From Oculina patagonica (lineage: Eukaryota): a stretch of 64,000 nt of DNA. The stretch is taken from contig NC_135767.1 in the NCBI RefSeq assembly GCF_052425735.1, positions 16,244,001 to 16,308,000 on the forward strand, given 5' to 3'. The notes below the pieces were generated by a model. The model saw only the letters and a program-made list of their open reading frames with translations, did not search any database and was not told the origin of the DNA. Made by a program: the position numbers and the translations under genes. Positions 14,401 through 24,808 of this stretch are shown here, piece after piece (position 1 is the first letter of the stretch; every line of letters starts with the position of its first letter).

Positions 14401-17400
14401 TTCAGTAGCTTACTCATATCACGATGTTCTTGGCACCCACGGAGTCCGAAGTGAAGAGTGTTGTTTAGCCAGAGCGTGTTTAGAAGTGCCTCGGGACTAC
14501 ACATACCGAGCAAACCCTTCTCGCACGATATTTTCAACTCTTCGCTTGTCAAAGCTACCGACGATTTCGGTTTATTTCCTTTTCCTAGCTTTTTTAGCTG
14601 CTTTTGTTTAGACTGTAGAACTTTCCTGGTTTTCTCAAACACCAAGTCGTTGATTATGCTTACAGAATAGCTCTTTTTCTTCAGATGTCTTTCGAAGCTA
14701 GCCACTAAACTTCGAAGAGAAGTCGGCTCGTATTTATTTCCATCTTTGGTGCGGACGGCAATGATGAATTGGCTGATGTATTCATTCAGCTCAACAGCCG
14801 GAATATTTTCTATTTTTCTGTCTTCGTTCTTCGTTATCAAAAATCTTTCAAGCAATTTTACATCTCGTTCAGTTTTTTGAGCGGTGTTTTTGTTTTCCTG
14901 TTCTAAAATGAATTCTTCAACTGAAGAAGCAGAAGCAAACCTTCCCTCGGTCATTTTTCAAAGCGCGGGTTTTCTTGTCGGCAACGGCTGTGGGATGACG
15001 TTTCCTTGAATACGTTCATTCATCACCAGTGAAAATTCGTCGTTCGCGTTGCTAATTGGACGAACGATATTTTTTCACAGTGAAATTTTGTCGTTCGTGC
15101 TCCTGATTGGCTAAGCTCTGAATCAGTACGATTTTTACACCCTACGATTTTCATGAGTAAATCTCAGTACCTATGAAATAAAGTCTGTTTATCCAGAAAA
15201 AAGTATATGTTATGTTTACCCCAATATAACGATATTTTCGGTTATTTTACGGACATATCGTAATATCGGGAGTTTAGATATAACGATATAATTTTACTGC
15301 TCCCTTGGCATATCGTTATATCGGGGTTCCACTGTAAAAATATTTTTTTATCCAATTCCAAATTGGACAGCATGTATTCTTATAACGTATCTAAATTGAA
15401 ATTAAATCATGCCAATTTAATTATCTAATTAATTAATTAATTAATTAATTTAATTATTGTATGTTTTCCTTATCCACGCCCTACATCTCCAACTTCACAT
15501 TTACATTTTCTGAATATTGAAACAAATACCTGCAAAACGTATATCTAAATGAGGATCCCCCGTACATTTATGTTTTCTACCCGTAATAAAACTTTGAAGT
15601 CCTGATTATGACTCACTTCCAACCACAGGTGACGCTGAACCAAAAGAAATAGAACATGGCTTCTCGATAAAGTTCCCTGGTATGCAATGCAACATCATTC
15701 AAAGTCCCAAAGAGTTACGCTCCGCAGTCGAGAAGGAAATTACTGACACTCTTTCAACAGTTCCAGGTTGTCGAGCATGCGTATTAAAAGAGGTCACCGT
15801 TCCCGGGTGTGAATCGAAAGCCAAAAAAAGAAGATCATCAGTGGATCAAGCCACTGAAGTTCTGTTTTCCCTGTTGGTTAAATCAGTTGATTTATCTTCA
15901 ACGGTAGACAACATCGAAGAAACAAGTGAAGCAGTCTTGTTTCAAATGCAGTACGCTGTTGCCACAGGGCAGTTCACGATTAGTTTACATGGAATGAACA
16001 GCACCGCCGAGAGATCTTCACTTAAACATCTTTTCTCGAATATTACTTGCAGTCCTGGCTTTGTCAGGAGCAATACTGGAAAGGGATGCGGTAAGTATCA
16101 TCTTAATTAAGAAAAACCTATTTGGATGAGATGAAGTGTGGTATGGGATGGCATGAGATTTGTTAAGCATCGGTTATATTATTATTTGTATATCCTTTTT
16201 GATACATTTTATATAAATTATTACTTGTACAATTTTTATGTGTTTAACTATGGCTAGCTAACATAAAAATACATTGCTAATTGTAACATAAAAAATAAGA
16301 CCGATGCCCTTATATGTTTATCCATGAACTTAAGTGCTTAGGAGGTCTTGTAACCGTGTTTTTAGTCCGTGTAACCTGATATCAGGATGAATGGGATGTT
16401 CGAGCTTTACCTTGTTTTCATTCACCCACTAACCCCCCACCACCCTAATGGATACGTATACTGGTCCATAGGGGTTTCTTCTTATAACTCATTTGTGTAT
16501 TGCCTAAAGATACAACTTGACTACTGCATAAGGACTCGAATCATTCAGTTGATGACCACTGATAACTGGACCTTAGTTCCGATTCTATGGCCACTAGCTA
16601 ACTCAGCCCCTATACAAAAATACAAAAGGACTGCTATCGCATCGAAATAGTGATGCAGTTAGCCTTGCAAAACCTTCTAGGACTGAATCGCGATGGTCCA
16701 GCATCTGTAATGATGGAGGAGCAGTAGACTTTGTTGCTTTGTACTTTAGCAATCAATTAAAACTTGTGTTTGATTTTAAACAGTGGCTTGCCCCGTGGGA
16801 ACATTTCACGATCAAACGAGTTTGAAGTGTAAACCATGTGATAAAGGCAGATACCAAGACAAGGAAGGCCAGCCCAGCTGTAAAAGTTGTAGCACAGGAA
16901 AAACGACCGATAACCTAGGCACTGCTAACAGTGATAAATGCATCAAAGGTAAGGGTACATTACAATTTGCCATAAGGGTATTTTTAATTGTACTAATTAA
17001 GAATCGTTAAAAGAAAGTCCCTAATAAAACGGTTTCATTTTTACGAATATTAAAATTTAGGTTCGTAGCTTTTTACCAATTGCATACCAAATGTATGAAC
17101 TTATATGATTATAAAAACTGGAAAAAGATTGCAAAGTTTAAAAGGACGCGTTATGCAGAATGACGATGACCTTACTTTCATTCTTTCCATCAAAATTTCA
17201 GGTGACCAGAGTGGCAAAACTACCACCGTAATACTGGCAACACTATTTTCTGTCGTCCTGATTTTCGTCGTCGCCATAGGATTGTACTGCAGGTATGTCT
17301 AGAAGAATACTGGAAACACGCTTCCAGTTGGGATCATTACGTAATGTTTAACAAATGAGCAGCAGTGTTTTATCAAGTTTAAAACACGACGCACAGCCGA

Positions 17401-20400
17401 GTGTTTTAGACTTGATAAAACACGAACTGCGAATTTATTGAACGGCTTAAAAATCTTCTGGTGTAGATCAACTCATTCTTGCACTAATATTTAGATTTGG
17501 GGTTATTTTGGCCTAGAAAATTGGACGTAAAGTTTAGCCGTGTCTTTATCAGATATAAAGACACTCATTAAACATTAATTTCTTTTGTATTTTATTTATG
17601 AATTATTAATGAGTTTTTTAAAATAAGTTAACATGTTCGTCTGAAACATTTTAAAGTTGATATATATGCATGTACATGCACTTATTTTAACAAGCTGAAT
17701 TCTGAATGGTCCATAGTGCTTAAAAGTTGGTCATTCCAATAGACCACTTTTCTGTGGCGTAATGACGAATGCTTGTAAATCACAAGCCGCCAGGCGAGCG
17801 ATTTATGAGCTTTTAGAAAGTTCCCCTAAAATCCCACGTGGGTTATTGCGCCAATGAAATCATAGAAAGTGTGGTCTATTTCTTTTTTGAAATATCTTTG
17901 AAAAACGTTTGTCAAAGAAAGTGAAATCGATTTTAAATTTCGTAGTCAAGCTGCTGGTTTTTCAACGCATTCATCGGATGACACGGTAAACAATAACAGC
18001 TTCTTCAAGAATTGAACACAGGTTCAGCTCCACACACACAAAATCAAATCCACGGATCAGCAATACGACGAAAACGTTTTAAAGTTATAAGACTAAGTTT
18101 TAAAAGTCATAAACTAAAGAAAGAGAGAAAGACAAACGATTCAAGGCAGAAAACGCTTTAATGACTTAAAAGTTCTTTGACGAGTAAATCTAGCAAATTG
18201 TGGCCGGAGTCAGTTATTAAAAAAGAACAGAACTGCACGGAAAGTTTGCTGGTTTAGAATCTTCACAGATTGGTGAAGTTATTTATTTATTAATTTATGT
18301 TTGTTTCAAAAACTCTGCTCCTGAAAAGTATTTGAACTTATTTGAAGATCATGAAGCCCGTCTTTCTCCCTTTTTGCGCAATGAAAAGTATTATTTATTG
18401 TGTTACCATCCATATACCTAGGGTCTTCGTTAACCTTGACCAGCAGTTGGGAAACAAGCGACTCTGAAACAATCTGATTGGAAGTCCAAAAATATTGGAC
18501 TTCCGGTTTATTTGCGCATGCCTTGCTTTCAAAAGCATGACCATCGAACTTTTATTGTTATTAAAGCCAATCAAATTCGATTCTGTAAATGAACTTTGAG
18601 AGTCGCTCGTTAATTTAAGCTTGCGCAGCAAGGAACGAAGACTCGACTTGGTGATATCCAGATGATCAAGGACGCCGAAGGCTGAGCTTAAAGTGTATAT
18701 GACAGATTTTTTTTTCATTTGCCTGATCAAATCTACGGTCTAGACCCAGCTCCCCACTGGGCGCCGTGACGTCAAACAAGTGATACACTCAAGAACCAAA
18801 CAAACTGAACAGGGAATTTCAAAGGAAGATTGTGGCTGGGTTTCCGGGAAACCGAAAAAAAGCTAAAGGCTTGCAGTTTATAAATGATCTAAAGTCTAGA
18901 GGGATACTAGTGTAATGACGCTTTTTACATTAATTAACTGAAGATGACAGAAGTTTTTGTCTAAACATGTCTATTAAACTTAATACTTTTGTCGTTTTCC
19001 TTAAACATTTTTTTAAGAAAATAACGACAAACGATTTCAACACGCGTGCAAATTCGTTTATGTCGTCCGGCTCACGAATGTGTTTCTCCTCCAGGTATTT
19101 CTAAAACAGTTCCTTTGCAACTTTTGTCGATCTTTTTGTGTTTTTCGAGTCTTTATCCTCAAGCAATTTTTCGATTTCTCAGCTCGATTGAAGAAGCGAA
19201 TCGACAAGCCATGTTTTTACTTCGCTGTGTGCGAGTTGCCTCTCACCACTCGTGAATTGAAATTGCGCGCGTATCCTACAAATTGTTTACTAATCTGCTA
19301 GCATATTAGTGAAGAAGCTGCAGTTTGCTTTCAGTTCTAGAATTAACTGTATGCTCTTAGCCGATGAGATAGCCTGTTCCAGGCGTTCGGATAGTTGGGA
19401 AGCAGCGCGAAAAACGGGATTAGCGCGAAGACCGGCGAGTGGAAAGCGCACACTCGTTCCCTTATTTTTCGCTCGCCTTTTTTCGCGCTGCTCCCCAACT
19501 AACCGAACGCCTGGTACAAGCTTCCGATGAGAAAAAAGGATAGTGATTAAAATGTATAAGAGTGGATGTGATTGGAACGTTGGGAAAGGACTCGTGATTC
19601 TAGAGTTGCTCTTGGCCTTAACTTAAGCAACTCTTTCTATTATTATTATTTTACCAGGTTAGAGGTTTTTTTTTTTTTTTTTTTTTTTTTTTGGGGGGGG
19701 GGGGGGGGAGAAAGGCGGCACTTTTCTTTGACGGCTTTGTCACCCAAAGTTTTGTTTATCTCAGAAAGATTGAAATGTGGATGACTGCATGCGTATGGAA
19801 TGCGAATAGTGGCGGTTTTTGCGTTTCATGTTTCACGCTGCTGAGTCATGTCACAAAGAAGGTCCCCCCCTCCCATCCCCCGGGCATGAACCAATTATTG
19901 CAATGGCCTGGCCTGAGCAAAAATAAGATCAGTATGACTTGCGCTTTACCACTTACAGATATGTGTTTACAGTGCGACTAATGGGTGTCACTAAAACGCA
20001 AAAAAGCGAAACTAACCAATCGGATTACATTGCGATGCCGGCGTTAAAAAAAGGAGTACTCGATTTGTTTTTCCAATCCTGCATGGCCCATCCTCCGCTG
20101 GAGAATTGCAAGCAAAGAACAATAGGTATAGTTTTGCATCCGAACCTAGTGGTCCATCAGTCCGAAGCTTATCCCAGTTCCCGCATAGAATGAAGCGACT
20201 ATGAGTATTTTTAATACCACTTTGATGGGATACCAGTCCATCGCAGAATTACCCCAAGCAGTAAATTCTCTGGTACCTACTTACACCTTGAAGGAGAAAG
20301 GCACTGTGAGAATTAAGTGTTCCCCCACAACTCTTCGCAGTGCCCCGCGCAGGGCTCGAGCTTGGACTGTTCGATCCGAGGTCCAGTACATTAGGTCAAG

Positions 20401-22298
20401 ACCATTAGACAACCGCGCTCACCTAGTGATATAGACGCACTGCTGATAGGCGAAAACACACTAAACAGTTTGTGTGGGGGCCAACTCGACGCCCATTACG
20501 AAGTTTGCCTTTAAGAATTAGCGTCCTTTTTTACAGTCCAGGACCACGGTATGTCCACCTTGAAAACGCGCGAAACAATAGCGTGACGTAATAAAATGGC
20601 GGGCTGTCTAGTCTTCCCGAGTGCACTTCACTTGAATTTTAGATTGCCTTTTTTTTTTTCTCAAGTCGTCCCGGAGTGCGTAACCTGCCAGTTAGTACCA
20701 CAACAACAAGGAAAGCAACGAAGAAGCGCCATGCGCGACATTGTAGAAAATTGCGGTGGATTGTCTGCTGCGGCGACGGTTTACTTCTGATGCGTGTGTC
20801 AGTTGTAGTTGTCTTCTGGATCGATCAGTCAGCTCCAATCTACTATATCTCTTGTGAAAATTATTTTTTATGGGTCTTGAAAAAATTCAGAGACGTTCTA
20901 CAGTTATTATTGTTGCTTTGTGCAAAATCTGAGCTACCGGCCACAATGTGTGTAGACAGACCTCGACTTTTGCGGTCTTCTTTTCCTTCGCGTCTGTCGG
21001 TGACTTGGAGAATAACCGAAAACAAAGAGCATCGCAAATATATCCAGAATCGATACCATCTACTGGACGTGTTTAAAGACAAAACAGGATGCCAGCTTTG
21101 CTTTCTATCTCGTTTCTTTGAATCGGATGCGATGTTAGTGCTTGTCGCCAAAGCACATGTAAATAATGAGAGCAATCGAGAAGGGCGCCAGAGGTGTTTT
21201 TTATAGAACGAAAATTCCAATAGACGCCCTTCCCCTCCCATATACCACCGATGTTTAATTAAGCGTTTACAGATTTTGGCTCAAGAGAATTTAGTTTAAA
21301 TTAAGTCTTCGTGTTCTGAAATCTGATAATCAGTTTTGTTTTAAATAACTCCGGTTAGTAGCCGAACTGTAAATATCTTGCTTTTAATAATCTTGCTTCT
21401 AATTTTTAAGAATTATGTGAATTACCTTAAAGAATCATACATAGGTCTCGACAATTTCTCTTTTTCTTAAGTTAAACTCTATTTTAGTATTTTGTTTTAG
21501 TCATTTCAATTATCATTTTTTATGTATAATATAATGAGGGCCATTAGTTTCTCAGTTTTTAACTTAAAAGTGTTTTTACCNNNNNNNNNNNNNNNNNNNN
21601 NNNNNNNNNNNNNNNNNNNNNNNNNNNNNNNNNNNNNNNNNNNNNNNNNNNNNNNNNNNNNNNNNNNNNNNNNNNNNNNNNNNNNNNNNNNNNNNNNNNN
21701 NNNNNNNNNNNNNNNNNNNNNNNNNNNNNNNNNNNNNNNNNNNNNNNNNNNNNNNNNNNAGAATGAATTGGGTCCTACCTAGCGATTGTCCAAGAGACGC
21801 GGGAATCAGTGGCAACAAGCGCCGAAATTAGCCCCAGTCCAGCTGGTGTTCTTTTATTGTACTTTTTGGGGGTGGTTTGTCGCTTTTGACTGATTATATT
21901 TTTTTGTGTGTGTTTACGTCATCGTTACTCTTGTAATTACACATATCCCTCCACATAATTTTTCCGTGCCTTTTGCTAAACAAACGATTGATTGATTTTT
22001 GTTTAGGTACTGCCGTTCGTCTAACCCTAGATGGAAGTTGTACATGGATCAGCGGCGGAACAGCAGGGTGACACCAGAACCAGAATCCTTGAGTGAAATG
22101 CAATTACATGAGAGACAATCTTTGCACTATGAGGAGCGAAGGGGGGAAGAGAATGATCCGGTACTTCTGGACAGTGAAATTTCCGACAATCTGCCGGAAA
22201 CAAGCAATCGACGACCATCAACACCTGACCATCATCACTACGAAAGGCTGCGTTATCCCACTCATGACGAGCCGCAATACGAAAACCCAATGTTTTAG
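593..22298 (+). CDS. Gene A (5'-partial): multi-exon type-I membrane protein, GCC2/ephrin-receptor-like x2 - EGF x21 - pentraxin/LamG - EGF x2 - sushi - SEA-like - GCC2 - TM - Tyr-motif tail (SVEP1/uninflatable-like)
   Basis: 11 exons with AG/GT boundaries and compatible phases: 593-754, 1474-1635, 6628-8165, 9132-9993, 10602-11228, 11683-11922, 12438-12629, 15629-16090, 16784-16948, 17202-17292, 22007-22298 (stop TAG). Each has a counterpart in gene B, mostly of identical length. Confidence 0.9.
1474..1635 (+). CDS. Gene A exon 2: GCC2/GCC3 Cys repeat (not in ORF track)
   Basis: cccacag|TTCCATGC...ATAG|gttagt; [38 protein letters not shown]...; 50/54 aa identical to 46346-46507. Confidence 0.9.
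2087..3484. repeat. Hairpin-ended dispersed repeat interrupted by a palindromic element; intact copy at 17353-17620 (opposite strand)
   Basis: 2087-2259 plus 3391-3484 match the reverse complement of 17353-17620 nearly base for base. Confidence 0.85.
2260..3386. mobile_element. 1.13-kb fold-back (palindromic) non-autonomous DNA transposon with TTAA target duplication
   Basis: Arms ~540 bp (GTGGCAGTTTCTCTTAAAGCGG...CCGCTTTAAGAGAAACTGCCAC), loop ~2802-2833; TTAA at 2256-2259 and 3387-3390; single TTAA in the empty-site copy. Confidence 0.9.
3495..4295 (-). mobile_element. Degraded 3' end of a LINE (CR1/L2-like ORF2 C-terminus plus 3' UTR)
   Basis: Minus-strand translation [19 protein letters not shown]...GPSYIFDLF...YNLRNSG...*NQLPSHVR...CKCNYC with stops. 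Confidence 0.7.
4303..5512 (+). mobile_element. Non-autonomous Crypton-like element with 14-bp inverted repeats and terminal hairpin
   Basis: TTTATTATATGACT (4303) / AGTCATATAATAAA (5332); ~70-bp-arm hairpin 5350-5505; remnant [16 protein letters not shown] (~4665-4720) resembles the N-terminus of the 14280-14954 ORF. Confidence 0.6.
6079..6486 (-). repeat. tRNA-derived tandem repeat with inverted tail
   Basis: Minus-strand A-box TAGCTCAGTTGG and B-box GGTTCGATTCC; unit repeated (6100-6172 ~ 6316-6388); 6173-6253 inverted at 6405-6486. Confidence 0.7.
6628..8165 (+). CDS. Gene A exon 3: 13.5 tandem Ca-binding EGF repeats
   Basis: ORF 6573-8174; DIDEC..PC.N..TC.D....Y.C.C..G..G..C repeats; ttttcag| and |gtaatg; 1538 bp, same as paralog. 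Confidence 0.95.
9132..9993 (+). CDS. Gene A exon 4: 7.5 EGF repeats
   Basis: ORF 9030-10001; ctgcag|ATC, |gtaagt; 862 bp, same as paralog. Confidence 0.95.
10602..11228 (+). CDS. Gene A exon 5: pentraxin/laminin-G-like domain
   Basis: ORF 10652-11251; FTIALYV...GTLFSYS...[15 protein letters not shown]...[11 protein letters not shown]...[12 protein letters not shown]. Confidence 0.9.
11683..11922 (+). CDS. Gene A exon 6: two EGF repeats
   Basis: ttgcag|CTTTTGAC...GCAG|gtatgg; 240 bp, same as paralog. Confidence 0.9.
12438..12629 (+). CDS. Gene A exon 7: sushi/CCP-like domain
   Basis: [11 protein letters not shown]...LTCDKGHSF...YGCG...WKWN...PVC; caacag|, |gtgagt; 192 bp. Confidence 0.88.
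13831..15182 (-). mobile_element. Crypton-type tyrosine-recombinase transposon, internally deleted
   Basis: Perfect 24-bp inverted repeat 14053-14076 / 15159-15182 flanking a YR ORF; external hairpin and direct repeats at 13850-14045; left boundary approximate. Confidence 0.75.
14280..14954 (-). pseudogene. Truncated DUF3504/Crypton tyrosine recombinase (KCTD1/ZMYM/QRICH1-related domain)
   Basis: NKNT..KT..D...[17 protein letters not shown]...[16 protein letters not shown]...[14 protein letters not shown]; stops before the HxxR...Y catalytic residues. Confidence 0.8.
15629..16090 (+). CDS. Gene A exon 8: SEA-like domain with polybasic KKRR/S site
   Basis: ORF 15682-16110; ccacag|, |gtaagt; aligns with 37023-37487. 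The SEA-like call is an inference from the secondary-structure pattern. Confidence 0.85.
16784..16948 (+). CDS. Gene A exon 9: GCC2/GCC3 Cys repeat
   Basis: [11 protein letters not shown]...[21 protein letters not shown]; 165 bp, same as paralog. Confidence 0.9.
17202..17292 (+). CDS. Gene A exon 10: transmembrane helix
   Basis: tttcag|GTGAC; [21 protein letters not shown]; |gtatgt, phase 2. Confidence 0.88.
17353..17620. repeat. Intact copy (empty site) of the repeat at 2087-3484
   Basis: Reverse-complement match with a single TTAA at ~17447-17450; internal hairpin GTGTTTTATCAAGT...ACTTGATAAAACAC. Confidence 0.85.
17735..17890. repeat. Terminal hairpin of a dispersed hairpin-ended element
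   Basis: AATAGACCAC...TAAATC-CAAGCCGCCAGGCGAGC-GATTTA...GTGGTCTATT imperfect palindrome. Confidence 0.5.
19370..19522. mobile_element. Short MITE with ~45-bp TIRs (TAGCCTG type)
   Basis: AGCCTGTTCCAGGCGTTCGGATAGTTGGGAAGCAGCGCGAAAAA / TTTTTCGCGCTGCTCCCCAACTAACCGAACGCCTGGTACAAGCT. Confidence 0.75.
20145..20423 (-). mobile_element. Degenerate tRNA-headed SINE
   Basis: Minus-strand tRNA-like head (B-box-like AGCTCGAGCCC) followed by body; a deleted related copy lies at ~50975-51105. Confidence 0.55.
21581..21759. other. Assembly gap (N run)
   Basis: 179 Ns. Confidence 1.
22007..22298 (+). CDS. Gene A terminal exon: cytoplasmic tail ending QYENPMF
   Basis: tttag|G phase-2 acceptor matches the TM exon; ORF 21999-22298; YENP motif shared with paralog tail. 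An N gap lies in the preceding intron. Confidence 0.8.
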
Positions 22299-23012
22299 AT
22301 TCTCTCGCTCCATGCTTGTCCACCCTCAACTGGCGTCAGGGGCTCTGCTCGTGACGCAGGGGTTTTAACAGCTTGTCTTTGTTTTTCAGCAACACAAGAC
22401 TGAAACAGTGATATTGTAATGCTTAGTTTACTTCGTTAGAGTCAAAGCGGTTACACCTTATATTCAGAGATAGGGCGCATTGCAATATTTACTCTCACTT
22501 TTTAGTAGCATAAAATTATAAGAAGTTGATTTACCCATTAATAGCAGCCTCCTTGTTAGTTTTAAACTACTGAATGCACGCTTACAAATTGTAGGAAAAT
22601 GTGGTAAGACGTGATAGTTTAGACTTGTATCTCTTTAAAGCAATTTCAATGTTTTCCAGTTAACAACTGAATCGTACTTGATACATACTGAGTATTTGGA
22701 ATTAAAATATATATAAAATAGCTGTGTTAGGAAGATCGTCAGATTCGATGGTTAGAACTTCGGTGTCATCCCTCGTAATGTATTCCTAGCTTCTACTCCC
22801 CTTTGGAGAGTCTAAGCTTGGAATCGTCGTAGCTTGGAGGCTCTCGGTAACGCTGGCGAGTGATTGTTGGACTATCTAACAATTGTTAGAAGTAACCTGT
22901 GCTGCGATGGTAGACCAACCAATCGAGCCCGCTGCATTCGGAAGGCTGAACTAATATAACGAATATAACCCACATTCTTAGCATCAACTACGTGTTTTTA
23001 TTAGGGTTGCAG

Positions 23013-23830
23013 TATTTCGTGTAATACTACTTTATACATCTGCAGTAATATAGTCCTAGAAATGTAACGGAAAATTTAAGTGTGAGCAGTTTGACTATAT
23101 ACCCTAAACAGTTCGAAGAACTTTTTATTGTTATTTTTTGTAGTCTCTGCAATTGTAGAACAAAGTATAAAAACACTATTTTGTGTATTACTGCTTTATA
23201 TAACTGCAGTTATATAGTCGTAAAATTCTTTGGAAAATTAAAGAATGAGGTGCTTAACTATATAACCCAAAGTTCGAGTATTTTTTTATTATTACTATTT
23301 TGTAGTTTCTGCAATTGCAGAAAGAAACGTTTGAAAACACTATTTTGTGTAGCGCTGCTTTATATATCTGCAGTGAAATAGCCCTAGAAATGCTAGGGAA
23401 GATTAAAGAGTGTGAAGCTTATCTATATACCCCACAGTTCGAAGAAAGTTTTGATTGTTATTTTTTGTAGTCCCTGCAATTGCAGGGAAAAAAAGATTGA
23501 AAAAACACTATTTTGTGTAGTACTGCTTTATCTATCTGCAGTAATATAGTTCTATAAATGCTACCGAGCATTAAAGAGTGAGAAGTTTAAGTATAAACCC
23601 ACACAGTTCGAAGATTTTTTATATTGTTATATTTTGTAGTCCCTGTAATTAAAGAAAAAAGTGAAAAAACAAAACGCATATTGTGTAGTGCTGCTTTATA
23701 CATCTGCAATGACATATGGTCTTAGAAATGGTATGGAAAGTAAGCCGTAAAGGATTAAACTATATACTACACAGTTCCAAAAAATTCTATTATCTTTATT
23801 TTTTGTAGTCCTTGCAGTTGAAAAAAAAAA
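23013..23830. repeat. Diverged tandem repeat, ~164-168-bp unit, 5 copies
   Basis: TATTTTGTGTAG..CTGCTTTATA..TCTGCAG...CAGTTCGAAGA...TTTTGTAGTC.CTGCAATTG recurring at ~23013, 23177, 23341, 23509, 23677. Confidence 0.85.
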
Positions 23831-24647
23831 ATAAAATAAAAATAGGAATAGACGATAAGCTGTCTACGTTTGATTTGTGTTACCGCCAAGAAGCAATCAT
23901 GAACACAACCAAGATTATCGCTGGACAGTTATAACGTGTCCTCTACTTTAAGTGTGTATTGCTTTGCCGTTAGGGTATCTATCAGCACCCCACAAAACGG
24001 GAGTAGCCCTAACAACAACAACAACATGATTTTCAAAATAAATATATACAGTCCAATGTTACTTTGAGATCAGCAGTGTTTGTTAAGTTAAGGCAAACGC
24101 AACGATTTTTCAGCTCCGGATATGTCCCCCAATTCAAAGATACATCGGGAAGAGAAACGATATGTGTACTGTGGATGCACTGTACGTATGTTTTTTTTTT
24201 TAAGTCAGAAATAGAATTTCTTTGCGTCATTTTTTGACCATTTAGCCATTTTATTCACAAATATCGGTCCAAACACGTGGAAATCTTTGCGGCTGCTGCT
24301 AGTGGTTTTTCATATCGGCGCTACATGTCGGATTGAAGTCGCGACCGCAACAGAACGCCATTCATACACCTTCATTCGCTTCCCGATTTATTAGGTGCGA
24401 CAAGTTTAAGCGTGTAGATTAGCTGTTACCTGTTAGCTTTCTGTGATTTTTCTTGAATTTATGTTCCCACGCTGCGCTGAAAAGAAAATATGATTGCTTG
24501 AATACGCACGGAAAATTCTTTTTTTTTTAAAGCTGTTTGACTACGAATGAAATGAAGAAATGCTCGTTTAAGAAAAACTTTTGCTATCATGTTTAAAGCT
24601 ACCATCGAATTGAAGCAAACGTCAAAACGTTACTGTACAAAGACAAC

Positions 24648-24808
24648 TAGACTGCAAAACAGTCGTATCTTTTACGAACGCGCTCGGGAGAGCGAGAGGT
24701 CTGGAGCCAATGTCAAAACTGTCGCACGCCCTGCGGGCGTGCGAGGCTCGCCATACGATCGGCGCTTCGGGCCTTCGATAAGCGCTTTAACGACTGTTGT
24801 ACAGTCTA
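24648..24808. mobile_element. Short MITE (TAGACTG...CAGTCTA)
   Basis: TAGACTGCAAAACAGTCGT / ACGACTGTTGTACAGTCTA TIRs. Confidence 0.7.

Larger units (their letters stand above)
13575..15334. mobile_element. Tc1/mariner(pogo)-type MITE (TA TSD, CAGTGG TIRs) hosting a Crypton insertion
   Basis: TA|CAGTGGATTCCGATAAAACGA ... TCGTTATATCGGGGTTCCACTG|TA with repeated ATAACGATAT subterminal motifs. Confidence 0.8.

Noticed and set aside
20596-21241. 176-aa and 126-aa ORFs in the last intron of gene A
   Set aside because: No recognisable motifs or splice context; probably a decayed repeat interior.
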